Below, one piece after another: positions 1 to 9,652 of a stretch of DNA of 64,000 nt (the first letter of the stretch is position 1; each line of letters opens with the position of its first letter). Made by a program: the position numbers and the translations under genes. Location of the stretch: the NCBI GenBank assembly GCA_963760795.1, contig CAVXEP010000013.1:32001-96000 (forward strand). Reading direction: 5' to 3'. The stretch comes from an uncultured delta proteobacterium. Lineage in GTDB: Bacteria > Desulfobacterota > Binatia > UBA9968. The notes beneath the pieces were generated by a model. The model saw nothing but the letters and a program-made list of their open reading frames with translations, was not told the origin of the DNA and searched no databases.

Positions 1-1
1 C

Positions 2-103
2 GACCGCACATTAGCCGCCAATACGCCACCGGAAGCCTATTACGACAATACCTACGTCGACGAACTGAAGCAGTCCGGGTTTATCAAAGAGCTGTGGAAA
101 TAG
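2..103 (+). CDS. 3' end of NitT/TauT-type ABC substrate-binding protein (partial, window edge)
   Basis: Translates DRTLAANTPPEAYYDNTYVDELKQSGFIKELWK*, closely matching the C-terminus of 11877..12911 (AFYDNSYIDEIKQSGFLKELWR). Confidence 0.85.
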   Translation, partial: DRTLAANTPPEAYYDNTYVDELKQSGFIKELWK

Positions 104-159
104 ACCAACGGCTCGCTTCGATCCAATTGTCGTTAAGAAAAACAGTCAACAGTCCCGTT

Positions 160-575
160 ATGATGTACTGGCTGCTTATTTTCCTGATCGCCCCCCCTGG
201 TTGATTGCCACACTGCCGCGAGCGAATCCGTCGCCTTGTACTCGGCCAGTTTCGATCCGTCGACCCGCTCGCAACTGCGCATGCTCCGTTGTGCTCTTGG
301 CGCCGCCGATTTGCCGCAGGAGTGTCGAGAACTCGGCAGCTAAATCTCCCGCCTGGTCATTTTGGTCAATGCCGCGCCGAAAATCGAAGCGCGCGCTTCG
401 GCCAAGGAGCGGGTCCTTATGCTCACCCGAGCCTTGCAGGCAAACCGCCCTCGCGTGGAGATTTCCGCCCAATCACCGACAGCGATCGAACAGCAACGCC
501 ATGCGCGGCCCCATCGATGCCACGGTGGCGAAACTGGTGGCGTTTCTCTATCCGAAGCTGGTGAATCCAAGCTGA
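160..575 (+). pseudogene. Disrupted CoaD/NadD-like (HIGH-superfamily) nucleotidyltransferase fragment with signal-like N-terminus
   Basis: Correcting a C7 run at ~191 gives MMYWLLIFLIAPLV...VALYSASFDPSTRSQLRMLRCAL...*ISRLVILVN...SAKERVLMLTRAL; resembles CoaD AIYPGSFDP...FSLEERVEM; in-frame TAA at ~341; 3' end approximate. Confidence 0.45.
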
Positions 576-675
576 TCGGCGGCGCAGAACCAACCGCGGT
601 CTATAACTTTTCTTGACAGACGCGCCGCCGCGGCTTAGGTTTCGCCGTGACAGTTACGTCACCCCGGGAGGAACC

Positions 676-1717
676 ATGACCAAGTCCAAAGTTATCGACG
701 CCGACGGCCATATCTACGAGAATCACGAGGAGATCGAAGAGTATTTCGAGGGCAAATACCGCGGCATGCGCCGGGCGCGCGCGTATCCGCTGTTCCCGTC
801 CCTCGACGGCTGGCCGCGCGGTCTCGGCGCCGGGCGCCCGGATAAAGTAACCGAGACCAAACCGGAAGACGTTATCAAGTTCGTCGACAACATGGGGCTG
901 GAAAGCACCGTGCTCTATCCCACCGCGGCGCTGGCCATCGGCTTAGTCCAAGAGCCGGCCTGGGCCTGCGCGGTTTCACGGGCCTATAACAATTGGTTCC
1001 ACGACCGCTACATCAAAAAAGACTCGCGCTTGAAAGGCGTCGCCGTGCTGCCGATCCAAGATCCCGCGAAAGCGGCCGAAGAGCTGCGCTACGCCGTGGA
1101 GAAGCTCGACATGGTCGGCGCCTTTCTACCGTCGGCCATGGTGATGAGCAAAGCCTTCGGCCATGCCGACTTTGCGCCGATCTTTCGCGAAGCCGAGCAG
1201 TTCGGCGTGCCCTTGGGCGTCCATGGCGCGCCGAGCCGCGGCTTCGGTTTCGACTTTTTCGAAGACCAGGGCCAAGTCCACGCCCTCGAACATCCGTTCC
1301 CGCTGATGATTCAGTTCACCAGCATCATTTGCGACGGCGTGTTGGAAAGATTTCCCAAGCTTAAAATCGCCTTCCTCGAAGCCGGCTGCGGCTGGCTGCC
1401 CTACATGATGGATCGTTTGGATTACGAATACGAAACCCGCGGCGCCCGCTCGTTTCCCAACATGAAAAAGAAACCCAGCGACTACGTCAAAGACTGTCCG
1501 GTGTACGTCAGCTGCGAACCGGAAGAACATTCCCTCGCCTATGTGTCGCCAAGTCATCGGCGCCGACCGCATCATGTTTCCCTCCGACTATCCGCACGAA
1601 CGAGTCTACGGCGAGTTCTTGAAGGACATCCCAGAATTGCTCAAGCGCCCGGAGTTATCCGATGACGCCAAGCAAAAAATCCTCTACGACAACGCCAAGG
1701 AGTTTTACCGGATCTGA
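676..1717 (+). CDS. Amidohydrolase_2 family protein (frameshift ~1545)
   Basis: IDADGH metal motif, VLYPT, GVLERFPKLKIAFLEAGCGWLP; shifted frame continues IGADRIMFPSDYPH...KILYDNAKEFYRI*. Confidence 0.9.
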
Positions 1718-1800
1718 TCCCTGACCTAGTAGGGGCCTTCCCTCTCCCACGAATGGGAACAGGTTGCCCATACGAGGACGAGGGTGAGGCAAAAACTCCC

Positions 1801-2798
1801 ATGCACAAAAAATTCACTAGACTAGCTCTATGCTCTCTGCTCCTCGCTCAGAGCGTTTCCAGCTCAGGCCCAGCAGCCGAAGAAAGTCCTGCGGATAGGG
1901 TATCTAGCGCCGTTCGATCCAGCTCGTGAGTCCGCCCGTGCCGAGGGAATTCGTCTGGCTCTGCGCGAGCGTGGCTACATAGATGGACAGAACATCGCCA
2001 TCGAGTACCGATATGCGGAGGGGAAGATCGATCGGGCCCCTGAGCTTGCGAACGAGCTTGTACGTCTCAAGGTTGATCTCATCGTGGTACCAGGAGGAGA
2101 CCCATGGATTCGTGCGGCCAAGAATGCGACCAAGACGATTCCCATCGTTATAGCGGGCGGCGGGTCCGACCCTGTCGAGGCAGGCCTTGTTGAAAGCCTT
2201 GCCCGTCCCGGCGGCAACGTTACCGGCATTACAAACCTTTCCCGAGTACTAGGCGGGAAGCGGCTGGAGTTGCTCAAAGAGGCGGTTCCAAAAGTTGTCC
2301 GTGTCGCGGTACTCTACGATCCAGCCTTACCCGGCTCTGAACTCGATGTGAAAGAGGTTCTCCCAGTCGCGGCGCACGCGCTGAGGTTGACTCTTCAGCC
2401 ATGGGAGGTCCGAGGTGCGGACGGTCTCGAGAAGGTATTCGCCGCACTGAACAAGCAGCGCCCGGATGGACTCTACGTGCCCCCGTCGGGCCCGCTAATG
2501 TTTGCTAACCCAAATCGGATCGCGGACTTTGCGTTAAAAAGGCGCTTACCGTCGATGTACATCACCAGAAGCTTTGTAGATGCCGGCGGGCTCATGTCCT
2601 ACGCGGCGGACCAACGCGGAGAGCTACCGGCGCGTCGCATACTACGTGGACAGAATCCTGAAGGGAACCAAGCCCGCCGATCTGCCGGTGGAGCAGCCGA
2701 CGAAGTTCGAGTTCGTGATCAACCTTCAGACCGGCAAGCAGATCGGCGTGGCGATTGCGCCGGAGGTGTTGGCGCGGGCGAGTAGGATAATCAAATGA
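1801..2798 (+). CDS. ABC_sub_bind family substrate-binding protein, copy 1 (frameshifts ~1860, ~2615)
   Basis: [57 protein letters not shown] motifs across frames. Confidence 0.9.
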
Positions 2799-2810
2799 CA
2801 GCGGCCACCA
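2759..2810 (+). repeat. Direct repeat copy A (3' end of SBP gene plus 12 nt past the stop)
   Basis: gccggaggtgttggcgcgggcgagtaggataatcaaatgacagcggccacca; near-identical at 9612-9664, with a 21-bp exact core at 2790-2810. Confidence 0.85.
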
Positions 2811-2851
2811 ACGCGAGAGGGCATGCCGAGTGCGGACGGTAGGTCGAGCAT

Positions 2852-2878
2852 AAAAAAGGCGCCCCGATTGAGGCGCCT
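2852..2878 (-). terminator. Intrinsic terminator
   Basis: Minus strand: AGGCGCC-tcaatcgg-GGCGCCT followed by a U run. Confidence 0.75.
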
Positions 2879-2990
2879 GAGTTGGCGGTACGTTGCGGTA
2901 TCACCCCTAGCTGTAATCCACCCCTGCTGTGCTATGGGGAGGCAAAGCCAAATAGCAGAGCTAACTCTTACACGAGTCGCCAACTACTGA
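2852..2990 (-). ncRNA. Candidate structured small RNA (~135 nt)
   Basis: Sigma70-like TTCACT-N16-TATGCT (3022-2995), closing stem AGTTGGCG/CGCCAACT (2880-2887 with 2978-2985), internal stems, terminator; no credible ORF. Confidence 0.45.
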
Positions 2991-3199
2991 CTTAAGCATA
3001 GCGCTGGAAAAGTGGAAGTGAAGACCTTTCAAAAAAAATAATCAAATTTCCTAACCCGTCAAAATGCCCGGGTATCCGACTAGAGGTTTCAACCTATGGG
3101 ATGTTGCGGCAATCGTCCCTAAGCCGGCTTCGGGACTCCCTGCGCCGTGGGTCCTTGGTGGCGTGCTTCCTTCCTATGTGAGCGCCGGTGGGATTCTTA

Positions 3200-3499
3200 T
3201 TACCGTCGGTAAGGCGATCTCGGGTTTTGCCGTCGTTCTCGTTGCTCAATTTCCTCCCGCTCGCGCATAAGTTCAGGATAGCAAGCGTCAACGATCAGCC
3301 TAGCGAGTTCCAGACCGACCAACTCGGCTACCTCACGGTTCTCCAACTCGAAGTTGTGTACATTCAGTGTCGTTAGCTCTAACACTGAATTGTCGCGGCG
3401 CTGGTATAGGACGCAAGCGCCAGGCGTCGAGTTATTGCCGCCGGGATAGCCGGGAGTGGCATGCCCGGAAATCCAAAGGTCTTTGTATTGTTCCATCAT
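3200..3499 (-). CDS. Hypothetical protein (YKxxxI...AExxGL small alpha/beta family)
   Basis: 99-aa ORF MMEQYKDLWISG...VAELVGLELARLIVD; pattern shared with 4916 and 6066. Confidence 0.65.
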   Translation of the reverse strand: MMEQYKDLWISGHATPGYPGGNNSTPGACVLYQRRDNSVLELTTLNVHNFELENREVAELVGLELARLIVDACYPELMREREEIEQRERRQNPRSPYRR

Positions 3500-3514
3500 G
3501 GTGATGAGTGCGGC

Positions 3515-3763
3515 TTATTTGATCGGTTTTACATAGGCCAACACAATGGCTTTCGCGATGGCGGTTCGGATTCGCTCTGTCTTTATCTCATCGTCTGGAT
3601 TATCACCTAGGTCTGGCAACGAGACCGGAATTGAAACTCTACGCCCTCGAAGGATTACCATGTCCGGAAGACCGTTAGGATCAGGTTCTACATGCCAATC
3701 CTCGGCGAGGCCCATTAGTGCCAAAACACGGGTTATCTCTGCGCCTTGGTCAACGCTCATCAC
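3515..3763 (-). CDS. Hypothetical protein
   Basis: 82-aa ORF, co-directional and closely spaced with 3200..3499. Confidence 0.5.
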   Translation of the reverse strand: MMSVDQGAEITRVLALMGLAEDWHVEPDPNGLPDMVILRGRRVSIPVSLPDLGDNPDDEIKTERIRTAIAKAIVLAYVKPIK

Positions 3764-3843
3764 ATTGTCCGCTAGAAATCGATTTAAATCATTCTGAGGG
3801 ACTGAAGGTCAACTATGATTTTTACGAGAGTACGGATGGGCGC

Positions 3844-4104
3844 TTAAGTGGTTAGAACTCCGGCCTCTCTAAGCCCTTGGCGTATTCTTTTTATCGAGGT
3901 TGGACACTGTGCTGTGGCAATTTCCAGTAACCGTAAGGCGTCATTTTCACTACATCGAATTGCACTCATCGGCCAGGGGATAGAGAGACGTGCAGCTTCT
4001 GATTGAAGTAGTAATCGCCCAAGTCGAGAGTCGTGGTCAACGTGATTAAGAAAGAGCTTGACCTCGGTTGGGAACAGCTCAATGAAAATTTCCATCATTT
4101 GCAC
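3844..4104 (-). CDS. Hypothetical protein
   Basis: 86-aa ORF with protein-like composition (IRCSENDALRLLEIATAQCP). Confidence 0.6.
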   Translation of the reverse strand: MQMMEIFIELFPTEVKLFLNHVDHDSRLGRLLLQSEAARLSIPWPMSAIRCSENDALRLLEIATAQCPTSIKRIRQGLREAGVLTT

Positions 4105-4532
4105 TCAATTGCGACGTTTCTTGACGAGTTTCTTCTTTCCACGGCGCTTATAAACTTCGAGTTGTTTAGCCCCCATTTTTGCTAAGACAGAAGTAAAAGC
4201 CTTCGTGATCGGCGCCAGTTGAACTGCGTAGTCTGGTTTGTTGTTCGCCGAGATTCACTACGTCGCGCATAGAATGGTGTTCCTTCCGCGCCGTTTTCGG
4301 CGAAAACAAACAGGGTACCAATGATCGCTAAGACAGAGAAGAAACGCTGCATCGTAGCCACGTTTCACGGAGCGTTCTTCTACCGCACGTCCCAGAGATA
4401 AAGCAAGGCGCCGATCGCCATTGCAATTCTCAAATGCGTTAGCCTATAAATTAGCTCCATGCCCTATTGATTCTATCAAGCCCGCGTGTGCCTATTCGCA
4501 TGCAAATTCACGAACAAGAAAGGTGTGACGAT

Positions 4533-4688
4533 ATGGTCAAACCAAATAGTACGTGTCCGAAGTGCGGCAAAGGTGTGATGAAGTTGATACCCAACACTAC
4601 ACCGCTTGATCCTTCGGTCTGGAAGGACTGTCTTCGAGCGCGATGCACTGAGTGCGGACATGTGGACGACATTGCGCTCAATCCGTAA
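4533..4688 (+). CDS. Small zinc-ribbon protein (51 aa)
   Basis: CPKCGKG...CTECGH; AAGG upstream of ATG. Confidence 0.6.
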   Translation: MVKPNSTCPKCGKGVMKLIPNTTPLDPSVWKDCLRARCTECGHVDDIALNP

Positions 4689-4704
4689 GTGCTAGTGTCT
4701 CCCG

Positions 4705-4788
4705 ATGGATTCCTGGACAATCGTTGCGCTTAGTCTTGGCGTGATCCTGCCACTCTTTATCGTCGTCTGTATAATGTTCTTCCTGTAG
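4705..4788 (+). CDS. 27-aa single-TM peptide
   Basis: MDSWTIVALSLGVILPLFIVVCIMFFL*, hand-translated; weak RBS. Confidence 0.4.
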   Translation: MDSWTIVALSLGVILPLFIVVCIMFFL

Positions 4789-4915
4789 AGCGGCACCTAG
4801 TCCTACGCCCTTTGGCCGATAGTACAGCGGCGCCCGTGAGTGCTATTGCTTAGCCGTGGAATTCCGGAAAATCCTCGTCCTTATCTTCGGCGTGATCGGA
4901 TAATTTAGCAGGCCC

Positions 4916-5140
4916 ATGACAACGGCATACAGGGGTTATACAATCAACGTCACGGCGACGAGGCAGGTGGATGGGCTCTGGAGTGCGAAGATTTTGATTT
5001 GGCCGATAACTGAAACCACTAAAGGCTTGCGCCAACATAGCGAAATAAAAGGCTACTCTAGTCAGGTAAAAGCGGAGCATGCAGGTCTGCAATTGGGTCG
5101 TAAGCGACTCAATCTATACGCCCAAAATAAACTTCGTTAG
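4916..5140 (+). CDS. Small hypothetical protein, paralog of 6066..6281
   Basis: AYRGYTINVT...DGLWSAKI...GYSSQVKAEHAGL. Confidence 0.7.
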   Translation: MTTAYRGYTINVTATRQVDGLWSAKILIWPITETTKGLRQHSEIKGYSSQVKAEHAGLQLGRKRLNLYAQNKLR

Positions 5141-5261
5141 TTTCAACCTCACCCGAGCCCAACGACCCGGCGCCAGAGAAAGCACCAGAGGCGTCCAATA
5201 CTGAACAGTAATCTATACCCGGCATGATGGATTGTCTCTAGGACCACCGAGGGAGGTCCTG

Positions 5262-5390
5262 ATGACTATCGCACAAATCGAACTGATCACCGTGAAAACC
5301 CGCGAGGTAATTGATGCTGCCAACCATACGATGGAGTATACAGCAACGATAATCGAGCAATCGAAAAGATTGATGCGCAGCATGAAATGA
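5262..5390 (+). CDS. 42-aa helical peptide
   Basis: GGGAGG at 5251-5256 then MTIAQIELITVKTREVIDAANHTMEYTATIIEQSKRLMRSMK*. Confidence 0.5.
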   Translation: MTIAQIELITVKTREVIDAANHTMEYTATIIEQSKRLMRSMK

Positions 5391-5615
5391 AAAAACACCC
5401 TCCTACGCCCGCGGGTGAAACGCCGGGGTCAGTTGATTCGAACAGATAGGTTCTACGTGGCCAGCGCATTTTCTCTAATCGTGGCGCGCGCCCGCGTCGA
5501 CTGGAAAGCGGAATGAAGCAAAGCGGCCGACAGTGAAAAGCGACTATGACATTTATTGCACCGGGTCAAATCGTAACAGCCAAAAGCCGAAGGGGATTTA
5601 AGGCGAGTAAGGGCC

Positions 5616-5909
5616 TCAGTTGCCGTGCAGCATTTCAAACTCGGTGAAATCTTCCTGGCCAATATAGCGGATTACCGTCAACTGGATCTTCCTTTCTTTT
5701 GCGAAGTCTACAGCTTCTCCGCGAGTAAAGAATCTGGCAATGTCTGATCTTAATTTAGTAACGCTTCCCTTCTTGTCGATATAGCGCTTTTCTAGGCTTT
5801 TAAACTGTTGCGGACTCGCAAAGATCACCCACATGGTCGTGCGCTTCGGCTTCCGCTTCATAAGAAACGCCTCCGCTGAAGCCCATTCTATTAACACCTT
5901 GTCAGTCAT
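5616..5909 (-). CDS. Hypothetical protein
   Basis: 97-aa ORF (WVIFASP...RYIDKKG...ARFFTRGEAVDFAKE); true start may be internal. Confidence 0.6.
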   Translation of the reverse strand: MTDKVLIEWASAEAFLMKRKPKRTTMWVIFASPQQFKSLEKRYIDKKGSVTKLRSDIARFFTRGEAVDFAKERKIQLTVIRYIGQEDFTEFEMLHGN

Positions 5910-6065
5910 TTACTTGGTTTCTACCCCCGGGGCGATGGTGCCATAGGAAAGAAATCCCGCACCCGGCCGTGGATTTCTGTTCAATATTAGACAATTTCGC
6001 GATCACCACTTCCGCGCCGTCCAAGGGTTTGACTATCTGTGAGCCGGTGATAAGTAGCGGGTCCG

Positions 6066-6281
6066 ATGAAGACGGTATACAAGGGCCATACGATCGAAGT
6101 GACGATGAAGCAGAAAAATGGGCTCTGGGCGGCAGACGTTTGGACCTGGACGCCAGATCAATTTGGGAGCCACTTAAACAACTGGTGGGGAGCAGAAGGC
6201 CATAGTAGCGCGCATGACGCGGAGGTTGCGGGCCTGGTTTGGGCTAAGGCGCACATCGATATACTCTCTCAAATACGATAG
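6066..6281 (+). CDS. Small hypothetical protein, paralog of 4916..5140
   Basis: VYKGHTIEVT...NGLWAADV...GHSSAHDAEVAGLVWAKAHID. Confidence 0.7.
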   Translation: MKTVYKGHTIEVTMKQKNGLWAADVWTWTPDQFGSHLNNWWGAEGHSSAHDAEVAGLVWAKAHIDILSQIR

Positions 6282-6413
6282 TCGCAATTAATCGTGTTTC
6301 TGTTCGCAATTCGCAACAGCTCAACGGCGGGTAAGTGAAACGCAGCGATCAGTTGACGTTGAGCAGATAGTTCCTCGTTGCATGAAGCCAAGTATCTATC
6401 GCATTTAGGAGTG

Positions 6414-6440
6414 TCTGATTGTCGATCTGATTGTCGATCT
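6414..6440. repeat. 12-bp tandem duplication
   Basis: tctgattgtcga x2 plus tct. Confidence 0.7.
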
Positions 6441-6742
6441 CTTTGTCGAGCCCTTTCTCTTTCAACGAGACCCGGAGTTCAGTGAATGCTAATCAAGTTT
6501 TTCGCTCACAATGTTCTCGAACTCGTCTTCCTTATCGCGTATGGCTTCTGCCTCCGCCACCAGTTATCGATTTCTATCAAGCCGAACTGCACTACTTTGC
6601 TGACTCGAACAGCAAGCGCAGGGTGTGCCCCTGTGGTTGCAGCCGGTCTGTCTTTGACCGGAGGAAGTGGGCGATACCAGGAATGTCAAAAGAAAGCACG
6701 CGCGGCGAGTCACGGACCAGCGTTTTGCCTGCGTCCATGTAG
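6431..6742 (+). pseudogene. Probable 3' fragment of a Cys-cluster protein
   Basis: ...RRVCPCGCSRSVFDRRKWA zinc-binding-like motif; no convincing start. Confidence 0.35.
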
Positions 6743-6852
6743 TTGATTTTGTTAACGCTAAACCGGGACAAAAAAGAGGAATGGCTATATAGTCCCGTAT
6801 GCCGGGTTGATGCCCTGAAATCAGGGACATCATTTGAAGGAAGGAAACAGCA

Positions 6853-7014
6853 ATGAGCCAGGGAAAGCGGCAAACACAAGCTTACGACGAGAGAAAAGAA
6901 CCACCCTCACCGAAGAGACCTCCAATAAAAGAGCCGACGAAACCCAAGAAGCCCATCGGCGATCCGACATCAAAGAAACCACCAAAGCGGGTTTCGTCTC
7001 CCATGGCGCGATAG
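6853..7014 (+). CDS. 53-aa Pro/Lys-rich protein
   Basis: GAAGGAAGG upstream; MSQGKRQ...PPSPKRPPIKEPTKPKKPIGDPTSKKPPKRV. Confidence 0.5.
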   Translation: MSQGKRQTQAYDERKEPPSPKRPPIKEPTKPKKPIGDPTSKKPPKRVSSPMAR

Positions 7015-7136
7015 TTTCATGTATTGAAACCGCCCCCGCGGAGGCGATGATAGTGAAAAACGGCTCGCTAGAATACCCTCAGGATCAACGCTACGACGAG
7101 CAAATTATCAATGACTACATTGGGGTATCGCATCAT

Positions 7137-7715
7137 ATGGCTCACTCTGAATCACTACGTGTCATAGGGCAGTTGCTCGAGGCTGCGAACATCCGTAACT
7201 TCGTGCTGGAAACGGACGGTCCGAATTATATCGTCACCTGTGATCCCCTGACTCAAAATGGTGAATGGGTTCCCCATGAATTCAGTCCTAGTGAGTTTAC
7301 CGCGCAGACCACTCACCGACCAGTAGTTACCGGTCCAGTACGGGTCAGGCTGCCGGATATTTTTCGGCTTGAGACGCAGGCGAAGCAGCGAAGACGACAA
7401 GATTCTTTTCAAAGTGAGGCATACTCTACTGTGTCTCAATTATTGCGTAGTCTTGGCGCTCTTCTTGAGCGAATGAACGTAAGGGTTTTTCAGATTCGCT
7501 GGGGGTCTAATTCGGTCGCGGTCGATTGTCGCCGTCTCGATGGCCGATATGATTCCGTAACGTATTCCCTTGAAAAACTACAGCGATTAAGCGCATCTTC
7601 ACTATCGCGACGCTCGAAGCGCAAGTTTCCCAACCACGCGCCGTCATCAGAAGCGCTAGGTGGCGTCAAGTTTTTAGGATGTTCTAGTGGCACCCTGCCT
7701 ATCCTGGCTCTCTAA
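7137..7715 (+). CDS. Hypothetical protein with internal duplication
   Basis: SESLRVIGQLLEAANIRNFVLE resembles SQLLRSLGALLERMNVRVFQIR; same frame as ORF 6834..7715, start uncertain. Confidence 0.6.
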   Translation: MAHSESLRVIGQLLEAANIRNFVLETDGPNYIVTCDPLTQNGEWVPHEFSPSEFTAQTTHRPVVTGPVRVRLPDIFRLETQAKQRRRQDSFQSEAYSTVSQLLRSLGALLERMNVRVFQIRWGSNSVAVDCRRLDGRYDSVTYSLEKLQRLSASSLSRRSKRKFPNHAPSSEALGGVKFLGCSSGTLPILAL

Positions 7716-8672
7716 CCACGTCTCGCGCTTTCTTGTCCTTGCGAATCCCGACAAACGCGGCATGGCGCAAGTGATCGTCCGGTGTCCATTCGGTAAATTC
7801 GATTTGTACGACTAACTCAGGTTTGAGCCAGACGCAGTTTTTCATTTCTTCGGCAGTAAGCGCCCATTGGGTGCGTCTCTTTTTCTCCGGCAGATTCGCG
7901 AACGGGCAGACATCGGTTTCCAGCGGTTTCATGCGGGCCATGACTTCGCGCCGTACATGGGGCACAAAGCCGGCGCGAACTTTCCCGGCATAGAGCAGCT
8001 TGTCGCCCTCATAGTACCCTACGATTATGGCATCGAAGGGATTGCCGGGAGTGTAGCCGCCAACGACGAACTCCTGGCCTTTGTTAACCTTATATTTGAC
8101 CCAGGCTCCGCTGCGCTTTCCAGGCTCATAAAGCGAATCTTGCCGCTTGGCGATGATACCTTCAAGTCCAAGTTCCGTGATCGCCCGGATCATGTCATTG
8201 GCGGAAGCGGTCACGGTTTGCGACAGGTCAATCACTGATGGTTTCTTACGGACGGGTCGCAATAGGTCGGTGAGTGCGTCACGGCGTTTCAACAGCGGCT
8301 CATGGAGCATGCTTCGGCCACGAAGGATCAGAAGGTCAAAGACGTAGAAGCGGATCGCGGACGCTTCGGAGCGGTGACGCTGGAGCGTATTGAACGAGAC
8401 TTGTCCCTTGGAATCCATCGCGACGATCTCGCCGTCGACGAGTGTGCCGGTCGGCAGAAGTTCACATGCTTTGGCAATTGCGGGGAACTGAGAGTGAGAG
8501 CATTCGCTCTGCGCGACCATAGGCTCACGCCGCTGGCATCCTTCCCTGCCAAACATCGATAGCCGTCTAATTTGATTTCGTAGAGCCAGTCCGGCCCTTC
8601 GGGCAGGTTACGGACGCCGAGCGCATACATCGGTTCGATAAAGCTGATTTTGTCTGGCAGTGATTTCGCCAC
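7699..8672 (-). CDS. ATP-dependent DNA ligase, stand-alone LigD/LigC-type ligase plus OB domain (frameshift ~8495)
   Basis: YEIKLDGYR (motif I), VDGEIV, FYVFDLL, EGIIAK, YEPGKRSGAWVKYK, WLKPELVVQIEFTEWT, LRHAAFVGIR. Confidence 0.92.
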
Positions 8673-8909
8673 GCATCATGTTAACGAGTGGAGAAGCGCG
8701 TTGCTAGAAGGCAATCGAGGCCCATTTGCGTGAAGCGGGCGCCGTATGACATGCGCCGCCTTCGGCGCGCCTCTTTCGATGGTGCCGGCACTGTGTGACA
8801 AAGCGCCGGATACCCCACGGAGAAAGTGACGGACCTGGTTCATTATCTGCCGTAAATAATACTTTTCGCCAGTGCCACATGCGTGATAGCTTCCAGCACG
8901 AGGTGCGCA

Positions 8910-9652
8910 ATGAGGATAGTTTCTCTCAGATCAATCCTGGTCGTTACCATGCTGCTTGCTCCCTGCCTCCCAGCCGAGGCGCAGCAGCCGGCGGGAATTC
9001 CCCGGATAGGAATTATGTTGCCGACCACCGCATCCTTTTATTTGCCCCGGGTCGAAGCATTTCGCCAACGGCTGCGCGAGCTTGAGTACGTCGAAGGGAA
9101 AAACATTGTCATTGAGTACCGATATGCAGAAGGGAAACTCGAACGGCTGCCTGATCTGGCAGCCGAGCTAGTCCGTCTCAAAGGTGGAACAAGGGGAAAC
9201 CTGACCCTCACAGACATGGAGGCTGCCGCTAAGGCGTTGGGATTCAAACTTCAATCGCTTCCAGTGCGAGGCCTTGACGATTTCGAGAGCGCATTTGCGC
9301 GAGCGAAAACCGAGGGTGCCCAGGCGCTCGTTACGACCGTAAGTCCACTTATCAATACTCAGCAACGCCAAGTGTTGGACTTCGCAGCAAAGAACGGTTT
9401 GCCCGCGATGTACACAGCGAGTGAGTTTGTCGAGGCCGGCGGCTTGATGAGCTACGCGCCAAGCTCTACGGACTTATACCGGCGCGCCGCTGACTTTGTC
9501 GACAAGATCTTGAAAGGCACCAAGCCCGCCGATATTCCCGTCGAGCAGCCGACGAAGTTCGAGTTTGTAATCAATCTTGAAGACCGCCAAGCAGATCGGC
9601 CTGACGATTCCGCCGGAGGTGCTGGCGCGGGCGACGTAGGATTATCAAATGA
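8910..9652 (+). pseudogene. ABC_sub_bind protein copy 2 with ~80-codon internal deletion and 3' frameshifts
   Basis: LAAELVRLK joins directly to GGTRGNLTLTDME at ~9183; the [11 protein letters not shown]...KRLELLKE segment present in copies 1 and 3 is missing. Confidence 0.85.

Noticed and set aside
1727-1790. Degenerate CCCTCTCCC...GAGGGTGAGG repeat
   Set aside because: Single, poorly paired copy in this window
4105-4352. Possible frameshifted secreted protein on the minus strand (MQRFFSVLAIIGTLFVFA...)
   Set aside because: It needs an assumed indel and has no recognisable motif
2811-8900. Prophage
   Set aside because: No structural, terminase, integrase or replication genes are recognisable
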